A stretch of DNA of 64,000 nt from a candidate division WOR-3 bacterium (lineage in GTDB: Bacteria; Hydrothermota; 32-111). Shown here one piece after another: positions 11,026 through 21,419 of this stretch. The notes below the pieces were generated by a model. The model was given only the letters and a program-made list of their open reading frames with translations, made no database searches and was not told where the DNA came from. The stretch spans positions 1,120,001 to 1,184,000 of the forward strand of contig JBDRZU010000001.1 of assembly GCA_039804105.1 (NCBI GenBank). Reading direction: 5' to 3'. Numbering within the stretch: the first letter of the stretch is position 1; the number at the start of each line of letters is the position of its first letter. A program made the position numbers and the translations under genes.

Positions 11026-12162
11026 ATGAATGCTAAAAAAATTTTTCTTTTAGTACTAATTTTCTTTTTTCTGCTTCAAAATTTATTTATCATTAAAAAT
11101 TTTTACTTGAAAAAAATCGACTACAGTTTTAGAAACTTGAAAAAAGAATTAAATTTCGAAAAATTTGTTATTGTTAGTACAGGTGATATTTTTTTACATA
11201 CATCGAATATAGATGATGCTATTATTGAAGAACAAAAATACTCTTTCGATTATATTTTTGAAGAAACAAAAGAATTGTTGAAGGGTTCTGATATAACAAC
11301 ATGCTGGTTTGGAGGAGTTGTGGATACCAATCCTCCTTTTTCAGGTTATCCTTTTTTTAAATCTCCAGTAGAAATTTTAAAAACTCTAAAAAGATTGGGT
11401 TTTGATATACTGTTAAGAACAAATCATGTTTATGATTTTGGACAGGAAGGAATGTATAGAACAAATTCATTCATTCAAAATTTGTCATTAAAACAGATTG
11501 GTGGATATTCAACCAAAGAAGAGAGTGAAAAAATTTTAATCTTCAAAAAAAGAAATATTAAGGTTGCTTTTTTAAGTTATACTTATGGAACTAATGGTTT
11601 AATACCCAAAAATAAATGGGAAGTTAATTTGATCGATTTTAATAAAGTTCAAAATGATATAGAAAAATCAAAAAAAATGGCTGATTTTGTCGTAGTTTTT
11701 TTCCACTATGGAAATGAATATGAAAGAAAAGAATCAGAATTTCAAAGAAAAGTTGCATATTTTGCTGCCTCAAAAGGTGCTGACATTATAATTGGTTCCC
11801 ATCCACATGTTGTTCAACCGTTAGATTCTTTCATTCTTGACGATGGAAGAAAAGTTTACACAATCTATTCTCTTGGAAACTTTTATTGTGGACAAAGAAA
11901 AAAATACACAAACTCTGGAATAGTTTTAAAAGTTATTCTTGAAAGATCAAAAAGAACAAGCGAAAAGACAAAACTTTCAAAAATTGTTTTTTATTCAACA
12001 TACATAATTAAAAACTCTAATAAAACAATACAGAAATACAAAATTGTCCTGTCTAACAACTATTTAAAGGAGCATCCTTTTGACAAAGATACATTAACCG
12101 AAAATATAAAAAATAGTATTGAAGATTTACGAGAACTTATCCCTTCACAATATATCCATTGA
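11026..12162 (+). CDS. CapA family (PGA_cap) metallophosphatase-like protein
   Basis: TGDIFLH, NHVYD, LSYTYGTNG, HYGNEY, GADIIIGSHPHVVQ, YSLGNF. Confidence 0.88.
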   Translation: MNAKKIFLLVLIFFFLLQNLFIIKNFYLKKIDYSFRNLKKELNFEKFVIVSTGDIFLHTSNIDDAIIEEQKYSFDYIFEETKELLKGSDITTCWFGGVVDTNPPFSGYPFFKSPVEILKTLKRLGFDILLRTNHVYDFGQEGMYRTNSFIQNLSLKQIGGYSTKEESEKILIFKKRNIKVAFLSYTYGTNGLIPKNKWEVNLIDFNKVQNDIEKSKKMADFVVVFFHYGNEYERKESEFQRKVAYFAASKGADIIIGSHPHVVQPLDSFILDDGRKVYTIYSLGNFYCGQRKKYTNSGIVLKVILERSKRTSEKTKLSKIVFYSTYIIKNSNKTIQKYKIVLSNNYLKEHPFDKDTLTENIKNSIEDLRELIPSQYIH

Positions 12163-12194
12163 AAAATAAAAATTTTTTAATATACTAAAATTGG

Positions 12195-14036
12195 ATGGAA
12201 TTAAAGAAAACTTTAACTTTAATAGATATATTCTGTTTAGCATCAGGATCAATGATAAGTTCTGGTATATTCATTTTACCTGGAATCGCTCATTCCAAAG
12301 TAGGTCCTGCACTTTTTATTTCATACTTTCTTGCCGGAATTCTTGCTATGACAGGTGCTATATCTCTTGCGGAACTCGCAACAGCAATGCCTAAGGCTGG
12401 TGGAGATTATTTTTTTATCACACGAAGCCTTGGTCCAGCACTCGGCACAATTTCAGGTGTTTTAAGTTGGTTCTCAATCACTGTTAAAAGTTCTTTTGCA
12501 CTTATAGGGATGTCTATTTTTTTATCAAAATTTATCAGTTTTGACATTGTTTACATTGCTTTATTTTTCTGTATTTTTTTTACAATTTTAAATATTGTAG
12601 GAGTTAAAGAAGCAAGTATATTTCAAATAGTTTTGGTTATCGCTTTACTTACCTCAATGATCGCATTTGTAGTATTTGGAATCCCACACATAAAAAAGGA
12701 AAACATGTTTCCAATTGCACCATATGGAGTTCTTTCTATTTTTTCTACAGCTGGTTTTGTTTTCGTTTCCTATGGGGGTCTATTAAAAGTCACCAGTGTT
12801 TCAGAGGAAGTAAAAGATCCTTCAATAACCATTCCGCTCGGACTTCTCATATCGCTTTTCATTGTTGCAATTCTTTATTCTCTTATGGTAATAGTTGCAA
12901 CAGGAATCCTACCTAATCATATACTTGACAGATCTCTGACTCCATTTAATGATGCAGCAACATTTTTCGGTGGGAAATTGTGGGATTTGATTCTCACAAT
13001 ATCAGCATTACTTGCATTTATTTCAACTGCAAACGCTGGAATAATGTCAGCATCAAGATATCCTTTCGCTTTAAGTAGAGATAAAATGATACCAGAAGTT
13101 TTTTCAAAGTTAAACCAAAAATTTAAAACACCTATTTTCTCAATAGTTTTTACAGGTATTATAATGAGCATTTTTTTATTCTTAAATGTTGAACTTTTAG
13201 CAAAAGTGGCATCTTCTACTTTGATACTAACATATATACTTGCAAATTCTACTTTGATAGTAATTAGAGAAAGTAAATTGATCAATTATAAACCAAAATT
13301 CAAATCTCCACTTTATCCCTACTTACAGATTTTTGGTATCATGGGGTTTCTATTTTTACTTTTTGAAATGGGATATTTTGTTTTAATGTTGAGTTTTTTA
13401 TTGATTGTTTTTTCTCTTTTCATCTATATCTTTTATGGAAGAATTAAAGTCAATAGAGAATATGCTTTACTCTATCTTCTTGAAAGAATAACAACAAAAA
13501 ACTATACAAATCATCTACTTCAGGAAGAGTTAAGAGAAATCTTACGAGAAAGAGATGAAATTGAAATCGATAGATTTGATAAAACAGTTGAAAACAGTAC
13601 AATTTTCGATTTAAAAGGGAAATATACATATGAGCAAATTTTGGATTTTATTTCTCATGAAACATCTCAAAAACTCAACATAGATAAAAATCTAATAAAA
13701 AATTTCATAATACAAAGAGAAGAAGAATCATCAACAACATTATCTAATTTTGTTGCAATACCACATCTAATACTTGAAGAACCTAAAAGATTTGAAATCT
13801 TTTTTTTCAGGATAAAAGATGGCGCACAATTCGGGAGCGAAAATGATATTAAAATGATTGTACTTATCGCTTGTTCAAGAGATGAAAGGAACTTTCATTT
13901 AAAATCTTTATCAGCCATAGCACAGATAGTATCAGACAAAAAATTTGAAAAAGAATGGTTATCTGCAAAGAATGAAAAAGAATTAAAAGAAATACTTTTA
14001 TTGTCGGAAAGAAGAAGGATAAAACCATTAATTTAA
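12195..14036 (+). CDS. APC-family amino acid permease fused to a C-terminal PTS EIIA (Ntr/Fru-type) domain
   Basis: GSMISSGIFILPG, AELATAMPKAGGDY, about 12 TMs; C-terminal REE.SST....VAIPH and HLKSLSAIA. Confidence 0.88.
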   Translation: MELKKTLTLIDIFCLASGSMISSGIFILPGIAHSKVGPALFISYFLAGILAMTGAISLAELATAMPKAGGDYFFITRSLGPALGTISGVLSWFSITVKSSFALIGMSIFLSKFISFDIVYIALFFCIFFTILNIVGVKEASIFQIVLVIALLTSMIAFVVFGIPHIKKENMFPIAPYGVLSIFSTAGFVFVSYGGLLKVTSVSEEVKDPSITIPLGLLISLFIVAILYSLMVIVATGILPNHILDRSLTPFNDAATFFGGKLWDLILTISALLAFISTANAGIMSASRYPFALSRDKMIPEVFSKLNQKFKTPIFSIVFTGIIMSIFLFLNVELLAKVASSTLILTYILANSTLIVIRESKLINYKPKFKSPLYPYLQIFGIMGFLFLLFEMGYFVLMLSFLLIVFSLFIYIFYGRIKVNREYALLYLLERITTKNYTNHLLQEELREILRERDEIEIDRFDKTVENSTIFDLKGKYTYEQILDFISHETSQKLNIDKNLIKNFIIQREEESSTTLSNFVAIPHLILEEPKRFEIFFFRIKDGAQFGSENDIKMIVLIACSRDERNFHLKSLSAIAQIVSDKKFEKEWLSAKNEKELKEILLLSERRRIKPLI

Positions 14037-14930
14037 CTTATCCCCAATTTTTGATAAAAAGATTTTTTCTTTTAAAATATAAACATCATATATAAAAAAT
14101 ATTAAAATAAAAACTGTAAGGGACAAAAATCCAGAAATTCCTGTGAGACAAACTGTTAAATCGTTTCCGCCTTTTACATAAATGATTGATATTCCAGCAA
14201 GTGCGTTTAAAGTTCCATGTAACACTGCTGATGACAAAACATTCTTTGATTTGATCCTTAGATAATTAAAGATAAAAGTAAGCAAAATACACCAAACGAT
14301 CATCATAAAAACACCAATTTGAGGATGCTGGGGATAGTTATGACCAGAGGCAATTATAGGGGCATGCCATGCACCCCATAAAAGCCCTATTCTTATACTT
14401 GCATCAAAAAATTTTTTATCTTTCATTTCATTTAACAAAAAACCTCTCCATCCACTCTCTTCTCCAAAAGCAGCTACAGCGTTAATCGTTGCTCCAGCAA
14501 AAAGTCCCTGAATCAATGATAAAAAGAAAAATAGTAGTGGCATTTTTTCCATCTGCTCTTTCATTTTTAAGGTTGAAGGATCTTTCAAAAGATCTGAAAA
14601 CTTTTCAAAAAAACCTTCCATCTTTAAAGATAATGAAATTTTAGGAAAGAGAATAGAGATTAAAATTGTAAAAATCACGATAAAAACAAAAATAAACCAT
14701 GAAACAAAAAACCAACTGTTAATTTTTTTATTAAGACCAATTTTTTCAGTAAATTTTTCTTTTTTAATTTTGGTGACTATATAGGAGGCAATAAATGGTC
14801 CAAACATGTAAATCACTAAAAGTATGATTGTAATTGGATTTTTATAGGAAAGGTTAAACAACAAAACCAAAAAGAAAATTATCCATGAAAACCCAAAAGA
14901 AATCAAAGAATAGAGTAAAACAGGGTTCAT
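14028..14930 (-). CDS. CPBP (Abi/CAAX) family intramembrane glutamic metalloprotease
   Basis: AFGEESGWRGFL, WGAWHAP, HGTLN. Confidence 0.9.
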   Translation of the reverse strand: MNPVLLYSLISFGFSWIIFFLVLLFNLSYKNPITIILLVIYMFGPFIASYIVTKIKKEKFTEKIGLNKKINSWFFVSWFIFVFIVIFTILISILFPKISLSLKMEGFFEKFSDLLKDPSTLKMKEQMEKMPLLFFFLSLIQGLFAGATINAVAAFGEESGWRGFLLNEMKDKKFFDASIRIGLLWGAWHAPIIASGHNYPQHPQIGVFMMIVWCILLTFIFNYLRIKSKNVLSSAVLHGTLNALAGISIIYVKGGNDLTVCLTGISGFLSLTVFILIFFIYDVYILKEKIFLSKIGDKLN

Positions 14931-14931
14931 C

Positions 14932-15624
14932 TTATTTTAGTTTTTTGTGACAGAACCACCAATCATAACAAATAAATTCCCCTGCTTTTGATTTCTGTAG
15001 ACGTTCTTTTGCAACATTTTCAGTTTTTGCAGGCGGTATTATAACTTCATCTTTCAACAAGTCGTTATTTGGCCAATTGGCAGGCATTGCTACACCATTT
15101 TTATCAGATATCTGCATACCTTTTACAATTCTTAAAATCTCTTCAATATTTCTTCCAAGTTCTTGTGGATAGTAAAGCATAATTCTTATGATTCCTTTAT
15201 CATCTATTACAAAAACTGCTCTTACAGTATTTGTTCCTTTCCCCGGATGTATTAAACCAAGTTTGTTTGCAACCATCCCAGTATCAGCAATTATTGGAAA
15301 AGTTATTTCAACATCAAGTTTCTCTTTTATCCATTCTGTCCATTTAATATGAGAAAAAACCTGATCAACAGAAAGCCCTACAAGTTCGCAGTTCAACTCT
15401 TTAAATTTGTCAATATTTTTCTGAAAGGCAACAAATTCTGTTGTACATACAGGAGTAAAATCTCCTGGATGACTGAAAAGAATAAACCATTTACCTTTAA
15501 AATAATCAGGTAACAAAATCTCTCCATGAGTTGTTAAAACTTTCATTTCGGGAAAAGAATCTCCAAGAAGTGGAATACCATTGTTTTTACAACTACAATC
15601 ACAATTACAATCTTTATCACACAT
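14932..15624 (-). CDS. Peroxiredoxin (Prx6/archaeal TDXH-type)
   Basis: [44 protein letters not shown]. Confidence 0.93.
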   Translation of the reverse strand: MCDKDCNCDCSCKNNGIPLLGDSFPEMKVLTTHGEILLPDYFKGKWFILFSHPGDFTPVCTTEFVAFQKNIDKFKELNCELVGLSVDQVFSHIKWTEWIKEKLDVEITFPIIADTGMVANKLGLIHPGKGTNTVRAVFVIDDKGIIRIMLYYPQELGRNIEEILRIVKGMQISDKNGVAMPANWPNNDLLKDEVIIPPAKTENVAKERLQKSKAGEFICYDWWFCHKKLK

Positions 15625-15673
15625 AGTTCCTCCTTATATAAAAAAATTTTATACAAAATTTAAAAATTTTCAA

Positions 15674-16942
15674 TTAAATTCCTTTTACCTGTTCTCCAAT
15701 TTTTCCTTCTAATTTATCGATTTTTTTCATAGCAATAACTTGCGACGAATAGATACTGTTATGTCCTGTTATTAAAAAACTGATTATACAAGATATTGAA
15801 GCATAAGGTGCCAAAGAAGAACCTGCAAGCTCAACAGCTAATAAACTTGAAGAAATAGGAGTATTCGTCGTACCAGCAAGAAAAGAAACAAGTCCAAGTA
15901 TTGCAAATATTTGAACATCTATCTTTGTAAACAATATAGAGAGAAAATTTCCAAAAGTTGTACCTATAAAAAATATTGGATTTATAAGTCCTCCGTTACC
16001 TCCAAAATTTAAAGTTAAAGAAGTGGTGATAATTTTAATCAAAGGATAATATAAAGGATATTCTTTACCTTTTAAACTTTCCTTAACAACTTCCATTCCA
16101 ATTCCCCCAAAATCCTTAGATATAAATCTATAAATAAAAACAAGTATTGACCCTGCAACAAATGCGTAAAAATAAAAATTTTCTAATTTTTTAGAAATTT
16201 TTTTAAAAATATTATTAATAAATATGTAAAAATATGAAGTTAAACCAAAAAATATTCCAGCAACAATTGAAACAAAAAGGAAATAGAATGAAAATTCAGG
16301 AAAATCGATTTTGACGATATTTAACAAATTCTCAATATTAAAAAATAGTTTAACAACTAATACAGAAACAATACTTGAAACAAATGATGGTAACAAAACA
16401 TCATACAAAAGTTTTCCAATAAAAAGCACTTCAATTCCAAAAATCGCTCCAGCTATTGGAGTTCCAAAAACAGCAGAGAAACCAGCCCCTATTCCACATA
16501 TAACAATCTTTTTCAGATCATCTTCTTTGAATCTAAATTTTTGACCAATAAAAGAAGAGATACTTCCTCCGATCTGTGCGGAAGGGCTCTCCTTTCCTAC
16601 AGAACCTCCAAAAGAAATTGTTAAAATTGTTGTTATGATATCGATGGGAAGTTTTACTATATCTATTTTTCCATTCTTTTTATGAATAGAATCAATTATT
16701 TTATCTGTTCCATGACCTTCGTTAATATCTAAGAATTTAATTTCAATATATTTATTTATTAAAAGAATGAACGGTAACAATAGATAAAGAAGATTATTTT
16801 GAAAAATTTTTGATGTAACTTTTAGCAAACTTAAAAATAAACCAACGCTTATACCAACAATAAAACCTATTCCCATCGAAATAAATACCCATCTGAAAAC
16901 AGACCAAAAAACTATTTTAGATTCCTCAAAAATCTTTTTCAT
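15674..16942 (-). CDS. ClC family chloride channel/transporter (no CBS domains)
   Basis: GHGTD, GGSVGKESP, FGTPIAGAIFGIE, TNTP motifs. Confidence 0.88.
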   Translation of the reverse strand: MKKIFEESKIVFWSVFRWVFISMGIGFIVGISVGLFLSLLKVTSKIFQNNLLYLLLPFILLINKYIEIKFLDINEGHGTDKIIDSIHKKNGKIDIVKLPIDIITTILTISFGGSVGKESPSAQIGGSISSFIGQKFRFKEDDLKKIVICGIGAGFSAVFGTPIAGAIFGIEVLFIGKLLYDVLLPSFVSSIVSVLVVKLFFNIENLLNIVKIDFPEFSFYFLFVSIVAGIFFGLTSYFYIFINNIFKKISKKLENFYFYAFVAGSILVFIYRFISKDFGGIGMEVVKESLKGKEYPLYYPLIKIITTSLTLNFGGNGGLINPIFFIGTTFGNFLSILFTKIDVQIFAILGLVSFLAGTTNTPISSSLLAVELAGSSLAPYASISCIISFLITGHNSIYSSQVIAMKKIDKLEGKIGEQVKGI

Positions 16943-17144
16943 AATTTGAATTATATTATTATATTAAAAATTTTCAATGAATTATCTGTAATTTTTTTAA
17001 TAGGGTGTAATTTTTATGATACATTTTTTAACATTTTTTGTATCTATTAAAAAATTACATCTATTTTATCTCTTGTCATAAAATTATGACTTGCTTTTTT
17101 TATAGATAAAAATAATAAATATTAAAATTTAATAACTTAAATCT

Positions 17145-17159
17145 GGGCATGAATATTGC
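17145..17159 (+). promoter_or_regulatory. Putative sigma54 -24/-12 promoter
   Basis: GGGCATGAATATTGC = GG-N10-GC, close to TGGCACG-N4-TTGC, 30 bp before the C25 start. Confidence 0.55.
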
Positions 17160-17189
17160 GCTTTCATGAAACCTCAAAATGGAGGTTTC

Positions 17190-20100
17190 ATGAAAAAGTT
17201 AATATTAATATTGATTCTATTTTTAATCTCAACCAAAATTTTTTCAAATAGTATTAAATTTAATGTAAACATCAATGAAGAAATCAAAAATAAAAATTAC
17301 AATTATGAATTCTCAAAGGATGGTGATTTATATATACAAAAAATTTTTGATGTTGGCTACAATAAAAATATAAAAAAAATAGAATATAAAATTAAATCTT
17401 TTCAAAAAAATATTTTTGAAGGTAAAAAAAATAATCCATCAATATCTCTTGATCAGAAAGGCAAAATTTTGTATGAACAGCCAGAGGATTATGTTGAAAT
17501 TCAACCTGTTGCATCAATTTTAAATCGAAAGCTTATATTTGTAAAAATATATCCATATCTGATAAGTAAAAATCTCGAACAATCGATTAAAGAAGTTGAA
17601 ATAAATGTTGAATATGAAGATATTATGGATAAATTCAAAACATCTTATTTCGACTATTACTATTTTGAAGGAGAAGTTAAAAATCTTGAGTTATTAAACG
17701 AAAAAAGCAATGTTGATCTTTTGATAATAACAAAGAACTGCTTCATAAATCATTTTAAAACATTTATTCATATTTCAAAATCTATGGGATTTTCAACTGA
17801 AATAGTTTCTGTTGAAGAGATATACAACAGTTGTTCAGGTTCAGATGAACAGGAAAAGATAAGAAATTTTGTAAAAAAAACCTATGATGAAAAAGGACTA
17901 AGATTTCTACTTCTTGGTGGTGATAATGAAATTGTTCCAATAAGATTTGTGAGATCCAATTTATATTATTATTATGGTGATTATCCATCAGATATCTATT
18001 ATGGAGATGTTGATGGAACATGGAACAAAGACAACGATCATATCATTGGAGAAACAGATGATATTGAGGATGGTTTTTTAGATGTAATAGTTACAAGATT
18101 ACCCTTCTCGAATGAAAACGAACTAAAAATAATACTTGATAAATTTGAAAATTATATTTTTAAAATGAAAGATACAAATTTGAAAAATTTTCTTCATTGT
18201 GCTGCATCTCTTTTATCAGATCTTTCAGACGGATCAGGACAATTAATGACTAACAACCTTTTATCACTCTATGATATCACCTATTACAACAATTTTACAC
18301 TATTCTCTCCTCTTGTTGATACTTTCCATCAATTTCCCTATTATCAGGGGAATATGCAACTTAACAAAAATTCATTCTCAAATAAGATTTCTGAAAATTT
18401 TTACTTTGTTAACCATATAGATCACTCCACAGAATATTTTCTCGGAACCGGATTGATCGAAACTAAAACAGAATATTCAAATTGGGATACAAATTGTTTT
18501 TCAACAAATGATTCATCTTTTTCCATTGTTTTTTCTCTTGGTTGTTCTTCAAACTCCTTTGATAAAATCTCAGTTTCAAGATCTTTTTTGTTTTCAAAAA
18601 ATTCTCCTGTTATAAGTTTTACAGGTTTTGTCAGAACCGGATGGACTGGAGCAGAAAATTATATGCTGAATTTTTGGAAAAAACTTTTATCATCTCAAAC
18701 AATGTTTATTGCGGAAGGATTAATCTATGCAAATTTAAATCCAAACCTTTATTTTAGAACTGCAATAAACACGATTGGTTTTCCGATTTTGCCAATTTAT
18801 TCAAACAATATTGATTCATTTTTTATTCTTGAGAAAAATTTTAATGATTCAATTTTTTACAGAATAGTTGATTCGAAAGGTAAAAAATCAGGTTTTCTTA
18901 TAACCATCTTTTCTGAAAACAGGGTAATATATAGAGGTGTTACGGATGATAATGGATGTGTTTCCTTTCCGAAACCAATCGATGATTCTATTATTTATGC
19001 TGGAATATTCTTTAAAGATCATAGATTAAAGATAGACACAATAATAGATCAAAAAACTATAGATGTAAAAACATCTTTGGTTAACGATACAAATCTTATA
19101 ATGTTAAAAATAAAAAACATTTCTTATTCAAAAATATTTATAAAAAATTTTAAACTTTTTAAAGATTCCCCATATCTTTCACTAAATGATTCATTGCAAA
19201 ATGTTGAAATCTTACCTAAGGATTCAATAATAAAATTTCTCGAGTATAAAAGAGATGTTGTAAAAGATAACACGATACCACTGTCGATAAACTTTTTTAC
19301 AGTTATTGAAAATAAAAAATATGTTGACTCAACATATATTCACTTTGAAAATGATTCTTTTAAATTGATCGGTTTCTATATAGAAAAAAATTATTTCAAT
19401 TTATATTTTCTGAAAAAGTCAAACAATTATTTAGACTCATTCAAAATACTTTTAAAAAGTTCAAATCAGAATCTATGTATAATAGATTCGATAAAAAACT
19501 GTATGAATGTGAAAAAAGATACACCAATTGAGATAAATAATATTAAATTCAAATATTCTGGGAACAATTCAAATCTTGATACTTCATACATTAAGGTTTA
19601 TTTCATAATAAAAAATGATATAGATTCTGTTATTTTTAGAGTTAAGGAAAGCGATACAACTTTTTCATTAAAGTTGTTACAACACGAGAATGGTATAAAA
19701 ATATATCATAACATTTATGGATATTTTTGCGATATTTACAAAATTATAAACAATGAAAATATCCTTTTAAAAAAGATGAATCCTGAGGAAAAATTTTATA
19801 TAGATACAAATTTAACTATCGGAGAAAACAAATATTTTGCAATATTCTATGATAACCTCAACAGAGTTGTTGATACAACAGATATAATCGCTATGAACGT
19901 TAAAGCAAAAGTTAAAAAAACAAAGATGTTGATCGCTGGTTCATATTTTGGCAAACTTAATGGCAAATCTCTATATGCAAAATCATCTTTTAACTATGCT
20001 GACTTTAACAATGATGGAAAAACCGAGGTGATCGTTCTAAGTGATGATGGAAGAGTTATCATTTTAGATGAAAATTTGTCAGATATTACACCTTTTAAAC

Positions 20101-21413
20101 TTATCACAAATCCCTATCAGGAAACTTCTCCTGCAATTGGAGATCTTGATGGAAACGGATATATGGATATAGTTTTAGCAAATGGATACTTTAAATCAGA
20201 TACATCAGGATTCTTAATTTTAAATCCATTTTCTTCCAACATAAAGATAATCCCAATAAAAGGATACGGAATTTTTACTTCGTCACCAGTTTTAGAGGAT
20301 ATTAACAATGATGGTAAAAATGAGATATTTATTGGAACAAATACCGGTCTTTATGTTTTAGATAAAGATTTGAATTTGATAATGGTTAAAAACATTGTTA
20401 ATGTTTGTGGAATATCTGTTTGTAAAGATATTGGAAAAATATTTGTCAATGATTATTATGGCAGAATATTTTCTTATGACTTTTATGGTAATAACCTCTA
20501 TGGGTTTCCAAAACTGTTAAACCATTTAACATTTTCCCCTTTAATAGTTTCAGATATTGATAATGATGGGACAAATGAGATAATCGTTTCAACAGTTGAT
20601 AATTATATTTTTGTTATCGAGGAGAATGGAAACATAAAATCTGGTTTTCCATTCAACACTAACTCTCCAGTATATTCAACTCCAAGAGTAACAGATATCA
20701 ATGGTGATGGAAAGAAAGAGATCTTATCTTTAAATAAAAATGGATACATCAACATTTTGAATTATAAAGGTGAAAGTAAGGCAACATCATTCGTCGGAAC
20801 TAATGAAAACTATTATAATGAACTTTTAATATACGATTTTGATGGGGATTTAAAACCTGATATAGTTTTGATAAACAACAAGGGTTATATAGTAAAATTT
20901 ACAAATGATTTAAAAATTTGCGATACGATTCTATCATTAAATTCAGATTTCACTTCAGCACCTTTAGTAATTTCTTTTAATAATAATTATGATTACAAAC
21001 TTTTGACTAAAGATCTTTCAGGTAAAATTTATATAGTTGATAATATATCATCAGATTACAAAAAAATTCTTTTTGGAAAAACACTTTATGATAATCAAAA
21101 CAGATCTTACATACCTGGAGAGATTTTGAGGTTAAATGATTCTGATAAAAAATGGATAGAAAAGAAAATTGACAATTTTAAAGTGGAGTATAGATTGAAT
21201 GATTCAAAATTAGTTATATTCAACAATATTTATGAAAATGTGATTTTAAATGTTTACAATATAAGTGGAGCAATTGTACTATCAAAAACAATAAAAAAGA
21301 GTGATATTAATGTTTATTTTGATTTTAAGTTTCCTTCAGGAAAATATATATATGTTTTAAAATCAAAGGAAAGTATATTAAAAAAAGATAAAATCATAGT
21401 GTTGAAGAAGTGA
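17190..21413 (+). CDS. C25 (gingipain-like) cysteine peptidase with FG-GAP/VCBS repeats and a T9SS type A C-terminal sorting domain
   Basis: Signal peptide; IRNFVK, LLLGGD..IVP.R, SDIYY.DVDGTWN, RLP, NHIDHS and SLGC catalytic region; repeated D.N.DG..EI motifs; C-terminal VYNISG...SGKYIY..K...KII. Confidence 0.85.
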   Translation: MKKLILILILFLISTKIFSNSIKFNVNINEEIKNKNYNYEFSKDGDLYIQKIFDVGYNKNIKKIEYKIKSFQKNIFEGKKNNPSISLDQKGKILYEQPEDYVEIQPVASILNRKLIFVKIYPYLISKNLEQSIKEVEINVEYEDIMDKFKTSYFDYYYFEGEVKNLELLNEKSNVDLLIITKNCFINHFKTFIHISKSMGFSTEIVSVEEIYNSCSGSDEQEKIRNFVKKTYDEKGLRFLLLGGDNEIVPIRFVRSNLYYYYGDYPSDIYYGDVDGTWNKDNDHIIGETDDIEDGFLDVIVTRLPFSNENELKIILDKFENYIFKMKDTNLKNFLHCAASLLSDLSDGSGQLMTNNLLSLYDITYYNNFTLFSPLVDTFHQFPYYQGNMQLNKNSFSNKISENFYFVNHIDHSTEYFLGTGLIETKTEYSNWDTNCFSTNDSSFSIVFSLGCSSNSFDKISVSRSFLFSKNSPVISFTGFVRTGWTGAENYMLNFWKKLLSSQTMFIAEGLIYANLNPNLYFRTAINTIGFPILPIYSNNIDSFFILEKNFNDSIFYRIVDSKGKKSGFLITIFSENRVIYRGVTDDNGCVSFPKPIDDSIIYAGIFFKDHRLKIDTIIDQKTIDVKTSLVNDTNLIMLKIKNISYSKIFIKNFKLFKDSPYLSLNDSLQNVEILPKDSIIKFLEYKRDVVKDNTIPLSINFFTVIENKKYVDSTYIHFENDSFKLIGFYIEKNYFNLYFLKKSNNYLDSFKILLKSSNQNLCIIDSIKNCMNVKKDTPIEINNIKFKYSGNNSNLDTSYIKVYFIIKNDIDSVIFRVKESDTTFSLKLLQHENGIKIYHNIYGYFCDIYKIINNENILLKKMNPEEKFYIDTNLTIGENKYFAIFYDNLNRVVDTTDIIAMNVKAKVKKTKMLIAGSYFGKLNGKSLYAKSSFNYADFNNDGKTEVIVLSDDGRVIILDENLSDITPFKLITNPYQETSPAIGDLDGNGYMDIVLANGYFKSDTSGFLILNPFSSNIKIIPIKGYGIFTSSPVLEDINNDGKNEIFIGTNTGLYVLDKDLNLIMVKNIVNVCGISVCKDIGKIFVNDYYGRIFSYDFYGNNLYGFPKLLNHLTFSPLIVSDIDNDGTNEIIVSTVDNYIFVIEENGNIKSGFPFNTNSPVYSTPRVTDINGDGKKEILSLNKNGYINILNYKGESKATSFVGTNENYYNELLIYDFDGDLKPDIVLINNKGYIVKFTNDLKICDTILSLNSDFTSAPLVISFNNNYDYKLLTKDLSGKIYIVDNISSDYKKILFGKTLYDNQNRSYIPGEILRLNDSDKKWIEKKIDNFKVEYRLNDSKLVIFNNIYENVILNVYNISGAIVLSKTIKKSDINVYFDFKFPSGKYIYVLKSKESILKKDKIIVLKK

Positions 21414-21419
21414 GAAAAC

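Noticed and set aside
15674..16942. ClC as a fluoride exporter (CLC-F) with a riboswitch
   Set aside because: It lacks the GREGT/GEVTP signatures, and no fluoride riboswitch motif was recognised upstream.
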